Positions 52,681 to 64,000 of a stretch of 64,000 bases of DNA are shown here, piece by piece; the stretch's first letter is position 1, and every line of letters starts with the position of its first letter. The stretch is from assembly GCA_964270895.1 (NCBI GenBank), contig OZ185437.1; one strand, 5' to 3'. The position numbers were made by a program, and so were the translations under genes. The notes below the pieces were generated by a model. It was given only the letters and a program-made list of their open reading frames with translations. It had not been told where the DNA came from and made no database searches. The stretch is from Podarcis filfolensis. Taxonomy: Eukaryota.

Positions 52681-53899
52681 AAAGATTTATCTGGCAATAC
52701 TTCTAGAATTGCAGCTAAGGCCCTTGCTGTTGCAATTTGAAAGTTACATGATACAACACCCTTTTTGAAGTCAATATTACAGGCAAGCTACTACACAATA
52801 AGTAAGCCAATTTAAATTCAGCTACAAGCCAATTGCAAATGACCAATAATTACCCTGTGGGCTGCCAGTGTAAAGCCAGTGAGATTGCAAAAGAGCTAGG
52901 ACTACTACCAGACTTTGAGACAAAACAAGTTAGAAAATAATAAACACCAATTGGAGTATGAGGCCCAGAGACACCACAAGATCCAAAGCAGAAATTCAAA
53001 GTAGGTTTCTACTATGCTGTCTTAAACATGGTCATACAATCTGTTGAAGAAGAGGTTCCAACAGCTGAGACAATTTAATTCTCTAGTTGGCTTCCCATAT
53101 GATATATATACAGTCTTAAGATGTATTTAAGGCCTGCAATAATTTAGAAAAACCGTTGATGCATAAATGGGCACAAAGATATTGATGCTGAAGATCTGTG
53201 CTGTGAACTTACAGGAATAACTTGAAGACTTCCAAAGTCTATGCTGCCATAAGGATTACTTCTCTTCATAGTACAACAAAAACGCATCTTCTCACACTGC
53301 CAGTGTCAGTAGCAAATGGTGAATGCGGTTTCTTAAAGATCAACCTTATAAAAACTTGCATACGCTGAAAAGTGTTGCAAAAGGGGCTTGGCAACTATAC
53401 CAACTGAACATCCTCAAGCACTTGAGCTAAAGGAATTGGTGGCAGATTTTGCAAAGGAAAAGTGAGGTGTTGATGTGCCTGAAATTGAAACTTTTACCAG
53501 ACTTAACTTTTAACATCGCAGTTCACAAGATTATTCACAATGATTTGTGTGCTAAAGCATTTTCTTTTGCATTTGAAAAAATAAAGATTGTTGCATTGCT
53601 TATCCTTGCCATTTAAAATAAATTTAGCAGTTTCACGTTTTTCATTCCCCCCCCCCTCCCGCCCCACCAAGACATCTCTTTTTGAAAATTGGAATTAGCA
53701 ATGGGCTGGGTGGGTGGGGCAAGTAGTTAGCCTTCCCTGAAGCGCAAAATAGTCTGACACCAGGATTAGGTAATACTTAAGACTTATGAAGCACACCTAC
53801 TCGAGATTTACTTTCCACTCAACATGATCCCGTTGGCGGGATTTCTGACCAGCACCCGCCCAGCACCACAGTATTTACCCTGTGGAGAAATAAATTGCC

Positions 53900-54720
53900 T
53901 CAGCATTGCTTACAAAGAGTGTGCGTAAAACTCGCGCGCGACGAAAAAGCCGGACCACTCTCTCTTCGAGGCACTTAAGAAGAAGCTTCTCCAACAACTC
54001 CCCACCTCCTGGACCATTTGGCAAGCTGAGGGGAACTGTCCTACCAGCGACATTTTGGAGGGAATTGCGCTCTGCTACCTATTAACAAGCCTCCGCCTTA
54101 AGCCCCTCCCTCTCGCACGCGAGCCACGAGGGCGCTTGCCCGCGCTGTCAATCACACGCGAGGAATTTAGAAGCGCTCCAGCCAATCCGAGCCGCCGCCT
54201 AAATCCGGCGGTTTATTGGGGCACGCGGAGAGGCGGGGCGAGGCGACGGTTTGGTGGCGCGAGGGCGGCGTTGACAACCGCTGCTCGGGTGGCTCCTTCC
54301 CTTCCTCTCACGGCAGTACCGTCCCTGTTGGCTCCCCTCTCCCGCCATGTCCGACTGGGAGGCGGAAAGTGAGGAGGACGAGGCCCGCCAAGCTTCCGCC
54401 AAACCCTCTCTGGCCGAGTGGCGCCCGGTGACGGCGAGGGCTAGTGGGAAACGTGGCTCCGCGGGCAAAGACGACGAGGAGGAAAGAGGCGGTGGCGGGA
54501 GGAAATGGGGTTCGCGGCCGGCGCCTTTCCGCGAGCCGTGGCAGTCGGGGCCCTTGGAGTACCGGGCCCGAGCCCCCTTCCGAGGGGCGGGCAGGGAGCG
54601 TGCCGGGTCGCCGCCGCTGTGCTTCCACCTGGATAACTCCCTCGTGGGCACCCTCATAGGTAGCGGTGGCTGTCCGTGAGGGGAAACTTGGAGTGATCTC
54701 TTTTTGGGGGGCGGGTGGAG
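53900..54720 (+). promoter_or_regulatory. DDX43: DDX43 CpG-island promoter / exon 1 region
   Basis: Abrupt CpG/GC enrichment against a CpG-poor background; CCAAT 54182-54186, GC boxes 54232-54240 and 54263-54268; Kozak-like cccgccATG at 54347. Confidence 0.88.
54347..54659 (+). CDS. DDX43: DDX43 exon 1 coding part (disordered N-terminus, start of KH domain)
   Basis: MSDWEAESEEDE...PPLCFHLDNSLVGTLI(G); donor ATAG|gtagcg; 313 nt, phase 1. Confidence 0.92.
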
Positions 54721-56343
54721 AGAAGTCCCCTCTTCCCCCAAACTATATATATATAATATATATACACACACACACACACACAAAAGCGCAAACGGGGGGG
54801 GGCGCCCTTCCTTCCCTGGCAAAGCGGGTTGTTGCTGTGAACAATCCTAAGGCTTCTGACTCCCGTGTCGTTCAGTGTTGGACTTGACTCCCTTGCTGAT
54901 TGCAGTAGACAGCGTGTTGAATTTGGACTGCCTCCTGGATAGTAAATTGTATAATACCACATTGTTTATGAGACTGGGTTATATACCACTTAACAGTGCA
55001 CACTCTATGTAGAAAAAGTGGCTGGGTAAACAAATAGGCTCCTCTCCCAGAAAATAAATAGCACCCTCTAACGTCGCAGGGCTGTTTTTAAGGTCAACTC
55101 AATAGAGCACCCTGTGAATTCACGAGTGTATGCCTTTTGCTTGCTACATTTGTACAGTGTTTTCCTGCTAGTGCAGAGGTGGAGTTATATGTTTGTGCAC
55201 TATGACAGGGGAAAGGGCCAGGGAGGGAAGATAGATTTATTAGCTAAAAAGTTATCAAGACCACAGTCCTAACCCCACTTACCTGGGAGAAAGGCCCCAT
55301 AAATTCAGTAGGACTTAATTCTGAGTAGACCCACTGTTGGATTTGCACTGTAAGGCTGCAAATGTATACATACTTACCTGGGAATAAGTATTGGACTCAG
55401 TGGATCTTGAGTCTGAGTAGACATGAACAGGATTGCACTGTTAAGGATGTCCAGAAATAAGAACTTTATAGTGTTGAAAAGAACTGTCAGGGGTCTTTTA
55501 CCATTACTATGGTGTACTTAGTTTCTCTTTAAAAGAGAAAGAGCGCTGACTTTATAGTCATTAGCACTTTTGCAACATAAGTGATGTCAAATCTGAATGA
55601 ACTGTCACTGGAGATAGAGAAATGGAAAGGAAACTCATGCCTGCAATTCCCTGTGCAAAATGGTGCAGCCCTAATATTTTCCTTTTCGTGAATTGGGTGG
55701 CCAATAAAAAGGAAAAGCAGCAGCAGAATTTTGTTCATTGTGGACATGGAACAGTAAGCCTAGGAAATGCATATGTATCAAGGCCCAAAAGAGGATTGAC
55801 AGAGGGAGGCGGTCAAAGGTACAGAGAGTGTCTAAGGGACCTCCATGATTCTTAAGACTATCTGTTTTAGCCCCATGCAAAAATCCCTTTCTGTAATTGA
55901 GTTGGACCCAAATCTCTAATACTATATGATCATGTTTACAAACTTTGGTGTTCTTTAAATGGTTTAGTTTAGCTTTGTACATAGGGAAAAGCGTGTTCAC
56001 TGAAATATGTGAAAGTTGCATAAATATTACCACTATTATACTGGTGTTCTTATGTCATAAGTTCATTGTGTCATTTTGCAACAAAATATTGGTTAACATA
56101 GGGATAGGAATTGTTCATCTGGGGAAAACCTAAGAATTGCTCAGCTTCACTTCTGAGTGTTTTTATGTAAAAATTTGCACCCTCTTTAGATGCCTTCAGA
56201 CTCTTGCCCTTGTTTCCTTTACTTGTGATAGAAATAATGTTTGCATTTTGCCAGTAGCAGTATGCATTGTTCTATTTTTGAAAACATTTAGCTAAAATAG
56301 GAATGTGGCCAAATTTTGCGAATGTATTTTAATTTTGCAACAG

Positions 56344-56399
56344 GTCGAAGTGGAAGTAAAATAAAAGAGCTTCAGGAATCATCAGGTTGTAAAATACAG
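56344..56399 (+). CDS. DDX43: DDX43 exon 2 (KH GxxG loop)
   Basis: caacag|GT...CAG|gtgagg; 56 nt; (G)RSGSKIKELQESSGCKIQ. Confidence 0.95.
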
Positions 56400-58356
56400 G
56401 TGAGGCACTATTTTTTTTAAGTGTTTGTTTAAAAAAACCCAGTCTTTACTCAAAAGACTGGTTGTTGCATTGCAAAATAACTGCTTTTCTTTGCAAAGAG
56501 TGGGGTCATGTGTATATTTGTGATCACGAAGCAATTAACAAAGGAATTGGGGAGAAAATGTCTAGTGTGTAGTACTTTATGTACTTGAATCAGTTTAGTA
56601 GTGCTTAACTGAACTTAAATTGGGGGGGGATGCTGCTATACTGTTTTTAAACCCCAAGCATTTCCCCCAAACAAGTAAAACCTCAGTACTATTTATGATT
56701 GTACATTATGTTAGTGCAACATTTGGTAAGCATCATCAAAAACACATGGATTGTGCCAGCAGATGGGTAAGGAGTGACTTCCAATGAAGAACAAAGGTTC
56801 TGCTGAAAACCACTGGGACTATTGGCCGATGATGCAGATTTTCTGGAAAATTTACCAGAGTCCTAAATCTATTTTGTTTTTATTTAGGCCACAGTTCTAT
56901 ACCAGCTTCCCTGGGAGCAAGCCCCACTAAACTTAATGAGACTTGCTTTTGAATCAAATTACACAGGCAGCTTGTTAGACATATATTAATAAACATTATT
57001 AAAATTGTTAATTTAACATACTCTATAAATAGCTTAGAAGTTTTTCCTACAGCTAAAGATTTTTCAACTGAAATTATTTAGTAAGGAAAAAAATTAATAA
57101 AGCAAACATAATGTAGATGGATACATTATTCATATCAGTTCAAAAATTATATCCAATATTATTCATGTTTGGAGTAGACCCACTGAAATTAATGGGCATA
57201 GCTAACTTAGATACATTTCAGTGAGTCTAGTTTGAGTAGAACTTGGATGCAGCTCACAGCTTTTTTTACTAGAGTATTTGAAAATATTTTAGGAGATGAC
57301 AAATCGTTAGCACACTCTCACCTTATATTGTTTGGATTTTAAAGAAAGGGCTGAATATGAGTTATAAAATATTCCCTGGGTATATACCCTTTTTCATATT
57401 TTATGCACACTCTAGTTAATCTAGTTAATACATTGAATGAGAGCATGGTCATATCTTCTGGCCCTGTCTTCTGTGGAAGTGAGTGGATTCTTCATGGATC
57501 CAGGTGTGTGTGGGTGTGTGCACATGTTTGTAATTACAAATTCTGGTTGTGCCAGGGTTCCTAATCACATACTACCTATCCACATATAGATTGCTCACAC
57601 ATAACACTAAACTGTGGTTTAGTGCTATATGCACAAGCTGGAGTGAGCCCCAACTTGCTTCCTTTCCTGTGTGGCCAGAACTGGACTTTGGCATCATTTA
57701 GTTTTGCTTTCTCCTAATCTTGGATTGTTATTGCAGCTTCAGATTAAGTGATAGTTTCTGTAGGTTGGTTGTTAAACTAAACCAGACTTGGTTATAAACT
57801 GCAATCTCTGGTTCACAAGCAAAGATGATCTGAGAAGAAACTGAAACTTAATGCCATCAAAGTCATCCCAGTCATGTGGTAGGGTATGTGTATTCATTCA
57901 TATGACACTATAATTTAGTACTATATGTAAACTGGCCGCAGAGTGTTCTCACTTTTTGCTGACTGCACAGAGGTTAGTGCCAGCTGGTGCACAAAGGGTG
58001 GGGGAAGTAATGACAATCCTGCTGTCCCCACACCTTGATAGAATGTATGGACGAAATATGAGAAGACTGCTTTAATTTTCTGATAAAAGTTAATGTAACT
58101 TTGAAACTGCCTAAGGTACTAGACTCCTATCTATTATGTTACTTTTTCTCATTGTAATGAAGCAAGGCATATTTAGAAATGGAAAACTTTCAGCCTAATA
58201 TATTGCTTCTGACTGCAAGATATCCAAGTGGTTTAGGAAATCTTACTTGTACTTATCAAATAACTTTTTAGTACCCAGAAAGACAATTTTAGAGTGGTAT
58301 ATTGCAGGAATCTAATATCTGATTCTTCTACTAAGTAAAAAAAACCTTACATTTAG

Positions 58357-58489
58357 GTTGTAAAGGGCAATTATGAAGCTGAAATAAAGATATTTGGTGG
58401 TAATGATAAGCAAGCAAAAGCCAAAATGATGATTGATGATCTTATTGAGAGGTGCAGCCAAAGCAACGCAGGAGAAAGGTATGTTAAAG
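58357..58489 (+). CDS. DDX43: DDX43 exon 3 (end of KH domain)
   Basis: atttag|GTT...AAA G|gtaaga; 133 nt, phase 0 to 1; VVKGNYEAEIKIFGGNDKQAKAKMMIDDLIERCSQSNAGERYVK. This donor is the one that keeps exon 4 in frame. Confidence 0.88.
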
Positions 58490-58844
58490 GTAAGAATTTA
58501 AAACTTGATATGTGTTTTATATTTAAGCTTTCTCTGCAGACTGCTCTGCTTGTATAAAACCCAGATTAGAGTTATCCACTCTGTTGAAGAGACATTTATA
58601 AACTGAAAGCTAGTAGTGTAGGGAGTGTAGGAATATCCAGAGGAGTTCATAAAGCTGGCCTTGTGATGCATCCAAAAATAAAACATGGTATTGGTTCACA
58701 TAGTTTGTCTTTAGATTGCAGGGAAATGAAACTGTTCTGTGGTTCATAATTAAACTTTTTATCTGAATTCCCAAGAACTAATTTAAGCTGCATAATCTGA
58801 TAGGTTCTGATTTGGTTAAACATTTTCTAATTTTGTTTTAACAG

Positions 58845-58994
58845 ATGGCTTTAAACACCAAGATTTTGGAACCACTCGTTATGAAGAAAGTCATTCCGGT
58901 GCTTTGAAGTCAGGATACAGTAATCCAAAGCAATCCATTAACTGGGCCTCCCTTCGAGAAAATAAAGCTAAATATGAAGCTATGAAGTGGGCTG
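58845..58994 (+). CDS. DDX43: DDX43 exon 4
   Basis: ttaacag|AT...G|gttagt; 150 nt; (D)GFKHQDFGTTRYEESHSGALKSGYSNPKQSINWASLRENKAKYEAMKWA. Confidence 0.92.
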
Positions 58995-59531
58995 GTTAGT
59001 GTAACATATTTTTTTTAAGGAATTGTAGGTGGTCATCCTTCAATATAAATGCTTTATTAGCTGTGAAAATCATCTACTTTGATATGTAAAAAATTCTAAG
59101 AAATTCTGAGAACATTTGATCATCTATTGATTTTGTTATATTTATTAAAAACTGCCTGGTATGTGGTCACGGTTGAACGCAAAAATCAGATAAGATTTGG
59201 TGTAAAGGCCATAGTGTTAGTGCAGTATTTTAAGTGTCATATCACACTGAGGTAGCACCTTGGTACAAAAAAAGCCTTTCAATTAGATATAAAAGGTTGT
59301 GCTAACACAATATACTATATTGACCACACTTCATGCACTAATTTAATGCCACTACAAAACATGGGTGCCAGTGTCCATAGGCATACTTACCCACAGAGTT
59401 AGGCATATAATATATGGACAAGTCTACAGCACTATAGGGCATACCAGTCGTTCACACTAATGTGATTGGTCACTCAGGCAGACCTGGATGGATGTACTGT
59501 TCTCATGTTACTCAGAAGTAACAGTGAAACC

Positions 59532-60243
59532 TGTTACTGGGAGATGATATATAATGAAATGAAAAAGGTATTTAAATAGACCTTCTTGAAGAAACCAGAG
59601 GCCTTTCTCCTGGGCATGGTCGGCCAATTGGTGTTAAAGAAGGATAGAACTTTTTTTATGTACGCTACAACAGCAGCAAGAATACTTATTGCAAAGTATT
59701 GGAAGACACAAGATTTACCCACCCTGGAAGAATGGCAGATGAAAGTGATGGACTATATGGAATTGGCGGAAATGACTGGCAGAATCCGAGACCAGGGAGA
59801 AGAGTCGGTGGAAGAAGATTGGAAGAAATTTAAGGACTATTTACAGAAACACTGCAAAATTAATGAATGTTAAAATGATGTCGGAATGAAATGAAGCGGT
59901 TTTAGTAACAATGTTAAAAAGGAGTATGTAAAAATGGTTTGTTAATAGATTAAAATATAAGGCTATAATATGTTAAGATAAAGAACTAAGATAAAACAAA
60001 GAGGGAAAGGATTTGCTGAATTAACCATTTGAAATGGAATACAAAAAAGGGAGGTGTGAGGAGGTCAGGGAAACAAGTAAATGAAAGGCAAGACATTGAA
60101 AGATGGACTTATTTTTAACCGTTTTTTTCTTCTTCTTTTTCTATTCTGTATTCTGTATTTTTTGTTTTCTTTTTTCTATTTTCTTATCATCTTTGTAACC
60201 TTTTTTTGAAACTTTAATAAAATATCATTTTTTAAAAAAAAAA
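59532..60243 (+). mobile_element. Young 5'-truncated L1-clade LINE in DDX43 intron 4
   Basis: ORF2 C-terminus ...AARILIAKYWKTQDLPTLEEW...KINEC*, 3'UTR, AATAAA 60216-60221, A tail; 19-bp TSD CAGAAGTAACAGTGAAACC (59513-59531 and 60244-60262). Confidence 0.93.
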
Positions 60244-60792
60244 CAGAAGTAACAGTGAAACCAGGGTACTGAATTCAAAATGTCTTGCTGTGCCTGTAGA
60301 GATTTAAAAATTAATCCCTGAATACAAAGCTGGGAAGAAGTAGTATCTTGATATACAAGACTGCCCATCATCCACATCTCAGTTTACAGATCAGTACTGA
60401 CTGTGGTACAAACTTTTTAAAAAGAAAGCTCAAAAATTGTTTTTGTGGTTGGGTGTTCTTATTTTTTAATCTAGTGAAACTTTGTGATTATGGAAAAATG
60501 AATTTCCATACTCATGCTATGGTTTCTAGTAAACGAAAAGTGTTCAAGGGCTTATTGATAGCCCTTCTTTATGTGATAAATATATTTGGTGTAGTTTCTT
60601 ATCGGCATTTCTTTGCAAGCCATGTTGAATTGTGTGTCTGCTCAATAGAACTACCTGTAAAAATGAGGAATAGGCTGGCATGGGAATAGAGTTCAGGGTT
60701 GTTGTTTTTAATGAAGATGGTGTTCTTTTCTATTCTGAGTAGTTTGAGAAGTTACTTTTTAAAATAACCCATTTTCTCTTTAATTTTATTAG

Positions 60793-60874
60793 ATTTGCCT
60801 CCAATTGAAAAATGTTTTTACAAAGAATCTCTAAAGGTTGCTTCAATGTCACAAGAAGAAGCTGATAGGTGGAG
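60793..60874 (+). CDS. DDX43: DDX43 exon 5
   Basis: ttattag|AT...AG|gtaata; 82 nt; (D)LPPIEKCFYKESLKVASMSQEEADRW(R). Confidence 0.95.
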
Positions 60875-61612
60875 GTAATAATTTAAATTGGAAAGTTGTA
60901 TGGCCTATTGGAAAGTTGGGTTGATTTTTAAATGGATTATAGTTTTAAGAAGATGAAGGCAATGTCTGCAAAGTAGTAGGTAATACTGAGTTTAGATGCA
61001 CACCATAAGACTAGGCTGTGTGCATATTTCACACAGGATAGGTCTTACGTGCCATTTTGGGGGGGGGTTAGGATTGAAACGCATAAGCTCATTGTATAGC
61101 TTGTAAGGTTTGAAAGCTGATGCCATCAGCCATAGAACATTTCCAGAGGTATGCACTTTAAAATGTCTTACATGAATGAAACATGCATCTATAATCAGAG
61201 AGCCTGGTTTGATTGCAGCTCTTGGACAAGTGTACATTCACTACAAACCCTGGCTTTCTATTATGTAATAGTTTGAAAGAACCTTAATTATTCTTTAATC
61301 ATGTTTATGATTTGCACTAAATCATAAAACTCCTTGCATGCAGTGGGACTTAGTTGTCATCATAGCTTCTGTTGGCAAAGGTCATGTTTTGTTTTTAATA
61401 GCAGCCTCTACCACTGGCTTTGATTATGTTTAGTGTATAATAATGTTAAGCAACTTTTATCTAGTTGTTCACATAAGCTAATTATGGAAATGATAACAAA
61501 GTGGAAACTACATGATTTTTTGCTCTAGATATTTAGTACTTTGTCTGGAATTGATAAATAAACCATTTTGTCTGCTATCAGTATAATATTATCTCTTTAT
61601 GTTGTCTTTTAA

Positions 61613-61777
<165 letters not shown>

Positions 61778-61859
61778 TAGTTTTCTTTATTTCTGAATAG
61801 TGTAGAAACTGTGCTGTTTAAATAGTAGGCCCTATGTAATAATATACTGTTTATTTTAG

Positions 61860-61979
<120 letters not shown>

Positions 61980-62603
61980 TAAGAAGTAACTGGAATAAGA
62001 TTTGATTTATTCTGTGCCTGGTGGGTTGTTTTTGTTAATCAAGTTAATAAGATTTAACACAATCTTGGTCACAAGAGCTGTGTGTGAAACTACTGTCATG
62101 CTTTTTGTCATCCAGCCCTGTTGCACTATCAGTTGCCATTCTTTTCTCTTGCATACATACAGTAGTCCATAAACTGGAAAGAGATTCAGCAATGTATTCT
62201 TTTTAATGCTTATAGAGTTTGCAACAGTTAAGGTTGCTGTTATTTTTTTAAATCAATGCTATCATAAACAAGTCAATATAAACATTGTTGTGCTCTACAC
62301 AGGAAGACGTCCCACCCCTGCTTTACCCCTTAATTCTCAAAGCAGGCTTCTGTCAACATTGGGAGGCGGACTGCAGCTCTGTGATTTCCTTAAGAGATGG
62401 AACATTTCAGATGGGATATAAAAAGCAAACTCTCCAACCTCATAATCCCAGCTATGAATTACTATCTATATTTACATGATAGCCACCATGATGCTATGGC
62501 TATGGAGTCCCAGTGATGTGTACATTTCTCTTGCTCAGGGATGCCAAGTTAGCAGGTGCTAACCAGTCTAGGTTATTTTACACCTCCCTAAGTTACAGCT
62601 TAA

Positions 62604-62955
62604 GGGACACTGGTGGCGCTGTGGGTTAAACCACAGAGCCTAGGACTTGCCAATCGGAAGGTCGAGGGTTCGAATCCCCGCGACAGGGTGAGCTCCCATT
62701 GCTCGGTCCCTGCTCCTGCCAACCTAGCAGTTCAAAAGCACGTCAAAGTGCAAGTAGATAAATAGGTACCGCTCTGGCAGGAAGGTAAATGGCGTTTCCG
62801 TGCGCTGCTCTGGTTCTCCAGAAGCGGCTTAGTCATGCTGGCCACATGACCCAGAAGCTGTACGCCGGCTCCCTCGGCCAATAAAGTGAGATGAGCGCCG
62901 CAACCCCAGAGTCGGTCATGACTGGACCTAATGGTCAGGGGTCCCTTTAGCTTTA
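62604..62955 (+). mobile_element. Full-length Sauria SINE in DDX43 intron 7
   Basis: A and B boxes present; 14-bp TSD AAGTTACAGCTTAA (62590-62603 and 62956-62969). Confidence 0.95.
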
Positions 62956-63311
62956 AAGTTACAGCTTAACCCAGCAGCCCTGCCTTTTCTCTTTATTCTT
63001 TCCCAAGCATCTGGGCATCGTGATGCACAAATATCCATTCTTCCTACTCCCATGAAACCAAGTTACTTGGTTTGCATTGCCATAGTATTTAGGCAGCTAA
63101 TGTCATAAAAGTGTTTTTGTAAGTGATGTGTGCTTTTGAACTTACTTCCAGGTAATTATGCTTTGAAATGTGGGCTTAATTAATTTTAACCAAAGTTAAA
63201 TGATACTTGTATGGAAGCCAAACAGCATAGTTAGCCTGTCTGCTAGGTTTTCCTCTGTTCTCTTCTTAAAATATTGCCTTTCGTATTTTTTATGTATAAC
63301 TGTACATCTAA

Positions 63312-63464
<153 letters not shown>

Positions 63465-64000
63465 TAATATTTACATCATCTTCATTACTTTGGCAGTGGT
63501 ACTGCAATGTGTCACAATATCTCTGAAAGACGCCACTGTGAAACACTTCAAGTAGTATTTTTATGTTTACAGTCTTTTGATGGATTTATTAGTATTTAAC
63601 ATCTACAAATTCCCAATAGTATGCCAAATACTGTATGGACTGCAGTAGAGATTATAATTTCTATCTAGAAATTTTACAGTCTTCAACTGCCACCTTCTAG
63701 CTTTCTTATGATCATGTTTAAAACTTTTCATTCCTACATCTGACTAAAATAAGCATTCCTAAGTCCCTCCAGATGTTTAGGAGAAACATCAACATAGTTC
63801 AATAACGACATATATTTAAACAACTTTCTCAGCATTTCTAAAGAGTTGTTCAAATATTATTCCTGCTACTAAAACAGGGCAATCCCACAGTAATCCAGAG
63901 GACAGCTGCCACTTACCAAGAGGGTCAAAAGGCCTGGTGCATGTGCAGCAGTGGAGCCAATCGAGTACTCCTGCTGCTTCACCCATCTGCACTGGGTTCC

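Larger units (their letters stand above)
51087..53768 (+). mobile_element. Fossil hAT (Tip100-like) transposon with nested insertions
   Basis: Transposase remnants GQGCDNGSNMKG...AHSLNLVVN (~52005-52140), KPLRETRWESRADA (~52420-52465), LTLPVSVANGE (~53292-53325); degenerate TIRs (tggggctggtg / caccaggatta); 8-bp TSD GGTAATAT/GGTAATAC (51079-51086, 53769-53776). Confidence 0.82.

Noticed and set aside
54055-54962. Overlapping long ORFs on both strands (e.g. 207 aa at 54199-54822, minus)
   Set aside because: A stop-poor CpG island effect; only the 54347 frame splices into DDX43.
55370-55381. ATACTTACCTGG, identical to the U1 snRNA 5' end
   Set aside because: The following sequence is not U1 (no CAGGGGAGATACC). 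It lies in a common squamate palindromic repeat and is just the reverse complement of a consensus splice donor.
59586-59873. 95-aa ORF as an independent gene
   Set aside because: It is the C-terminus of L1 ORF2 inside a TSD-flanked, 5'-truncated insertion.

Overview
Squamate genomic DNA, most likely a lacertid lizard (Podarcis-type Sauria SINEs), carrying two + strand genes. (1) The 3' part of KCNQ5 (Kv7.5): exons equivalent to human 4-14 from 7381 to the TAG at 44157-44159, plus a putative ~3.3 kb 3'UTR. (2) The 5' part of DDX43 (KH + DEAD-box helicase): CpG-island promoter and exons 1-8 from ATG 54347 to 63463, continuing past the window. All exons were joined by hand and their splice phases are consistent. 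Top finding: KCNQ5 has two homologous tandem exons for the calmodulin-binding helix-A/IQ region. One is a KCNQ2/3/4-type exon (8a, 22476-22564, GC donor) and the other is the canonical KCNQ5 exon (8b, 22705-22799). Phases, frame arithmetic and the intervening 140-nt intron (distal branch point, long AG-free pyrimidine tract, GCAUG over the donor) all fit mutually exclusive splicing. I do not recall this exon in mammalian KCNQ5 annotations. Other features: 27-nt and 57-nt cassette exons, a sense solo LTR, a young L1 in DDX43, a nested hAT fossil abutting the DDX43 promoter, and direct KCNQ5-DDX43 adjacency without the eutherian KHDC cluster. Exon numbers follow the 14-exon human model. Paralogue sequences are quoted from memory; no database searches were run.
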